Positions 63,738-64,000 of a stretch of DNA of 64,000 nucleotides are shown piece by piece. The DNA is taken from positions 105,586,001 to 105,650,000 of the forward strand of contig OZ336878.1 in the NCBI GenBank assembly GCA_965287045.1, read 5' to 3'. A program made the translations under genes and the position numbers. Position 1 is the stretch's first letter. The number at the start of each line of letters is the position of its first letter. The notes beneath the pieces were generated by a model. That model was given only the letters and a program-made list of their open reading frames with translations, had not been told where the DNA came from and made no database searches. Source of the stretch: Carcharhinus amblyrhynchos (lineage: Eukaryota).

Positions 63738-64000
63738 CTACAAGATGTAAGTAGATAGAAACAACTCTAGTGCAGTGAGTGCTGTGCAGTAACTTGCATG
63801 CATTTAGTTATGAATGTTCTATTCTCCAAATTAGGTTCATGTCTTGTGATTCGAAAAGTTGGGCCTCACACTGACGGTTATAAATAATTACATCATAAAT
63901 TATCCTCCTTCTCAATTCAGATGATAACAGATTCATTAAGAAAACTTTTAATTTTAGGATCATCAACAACTCTTCCACAACATTTTCTTTCATCATTTCG

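Noticed and set aside
1-64000. CRISPR arrays, operons, genuine tRNA or rRNA genes; Ig, B30.2 or C-type lectin exons
   Set aside because: The sequence is vertebrate-like with no spaced direct-repeat array; tRNA-like boxes belong to SINE heads; no diagnostic domain motifs were found by eye, so no gene symbol is assigned.

Overview
Eukaryotic, repeat-rich, AT-leaning DNA. The repeat content (CR1 LINEs with (TTCTTATG)n tails, tRNA-derived SINEs, a Penelope element, a Rex1/Babar-like LINE) resembles a cartilaginous-fish (shark) genome; this taxon call is inference. Every recognisable long ORF in the track is transposon-derived. The main host feature is invisible to the ORF track: a minus-strand array of at least 20 symmetric phase-1 microexons of 21, 24, 27 or 36 nt, each flanked by AG and GT, running from 63244 down to 802. 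Joined in order they give about 185 stop-free codons of E/K/L-rich, coiled-coil-like protein. They fall into duplicated cassettes: C36-A27-B27 three times (twice preceded by D21), plus an H24-G27-I27 series that includes decayed copies. This layout recalls the heptad microexon tails of chicken BG and butyrophilin genes. No Ig, B30.2 or lectin exon was found in the window, so gene identity, and whether this is one gene or several paralogues, remain unresolved. Exons were found by eye and are not validated by transcripts. Repeat boundaries are approximate. First residues in brackets depend on the upstream exon supplying a G.
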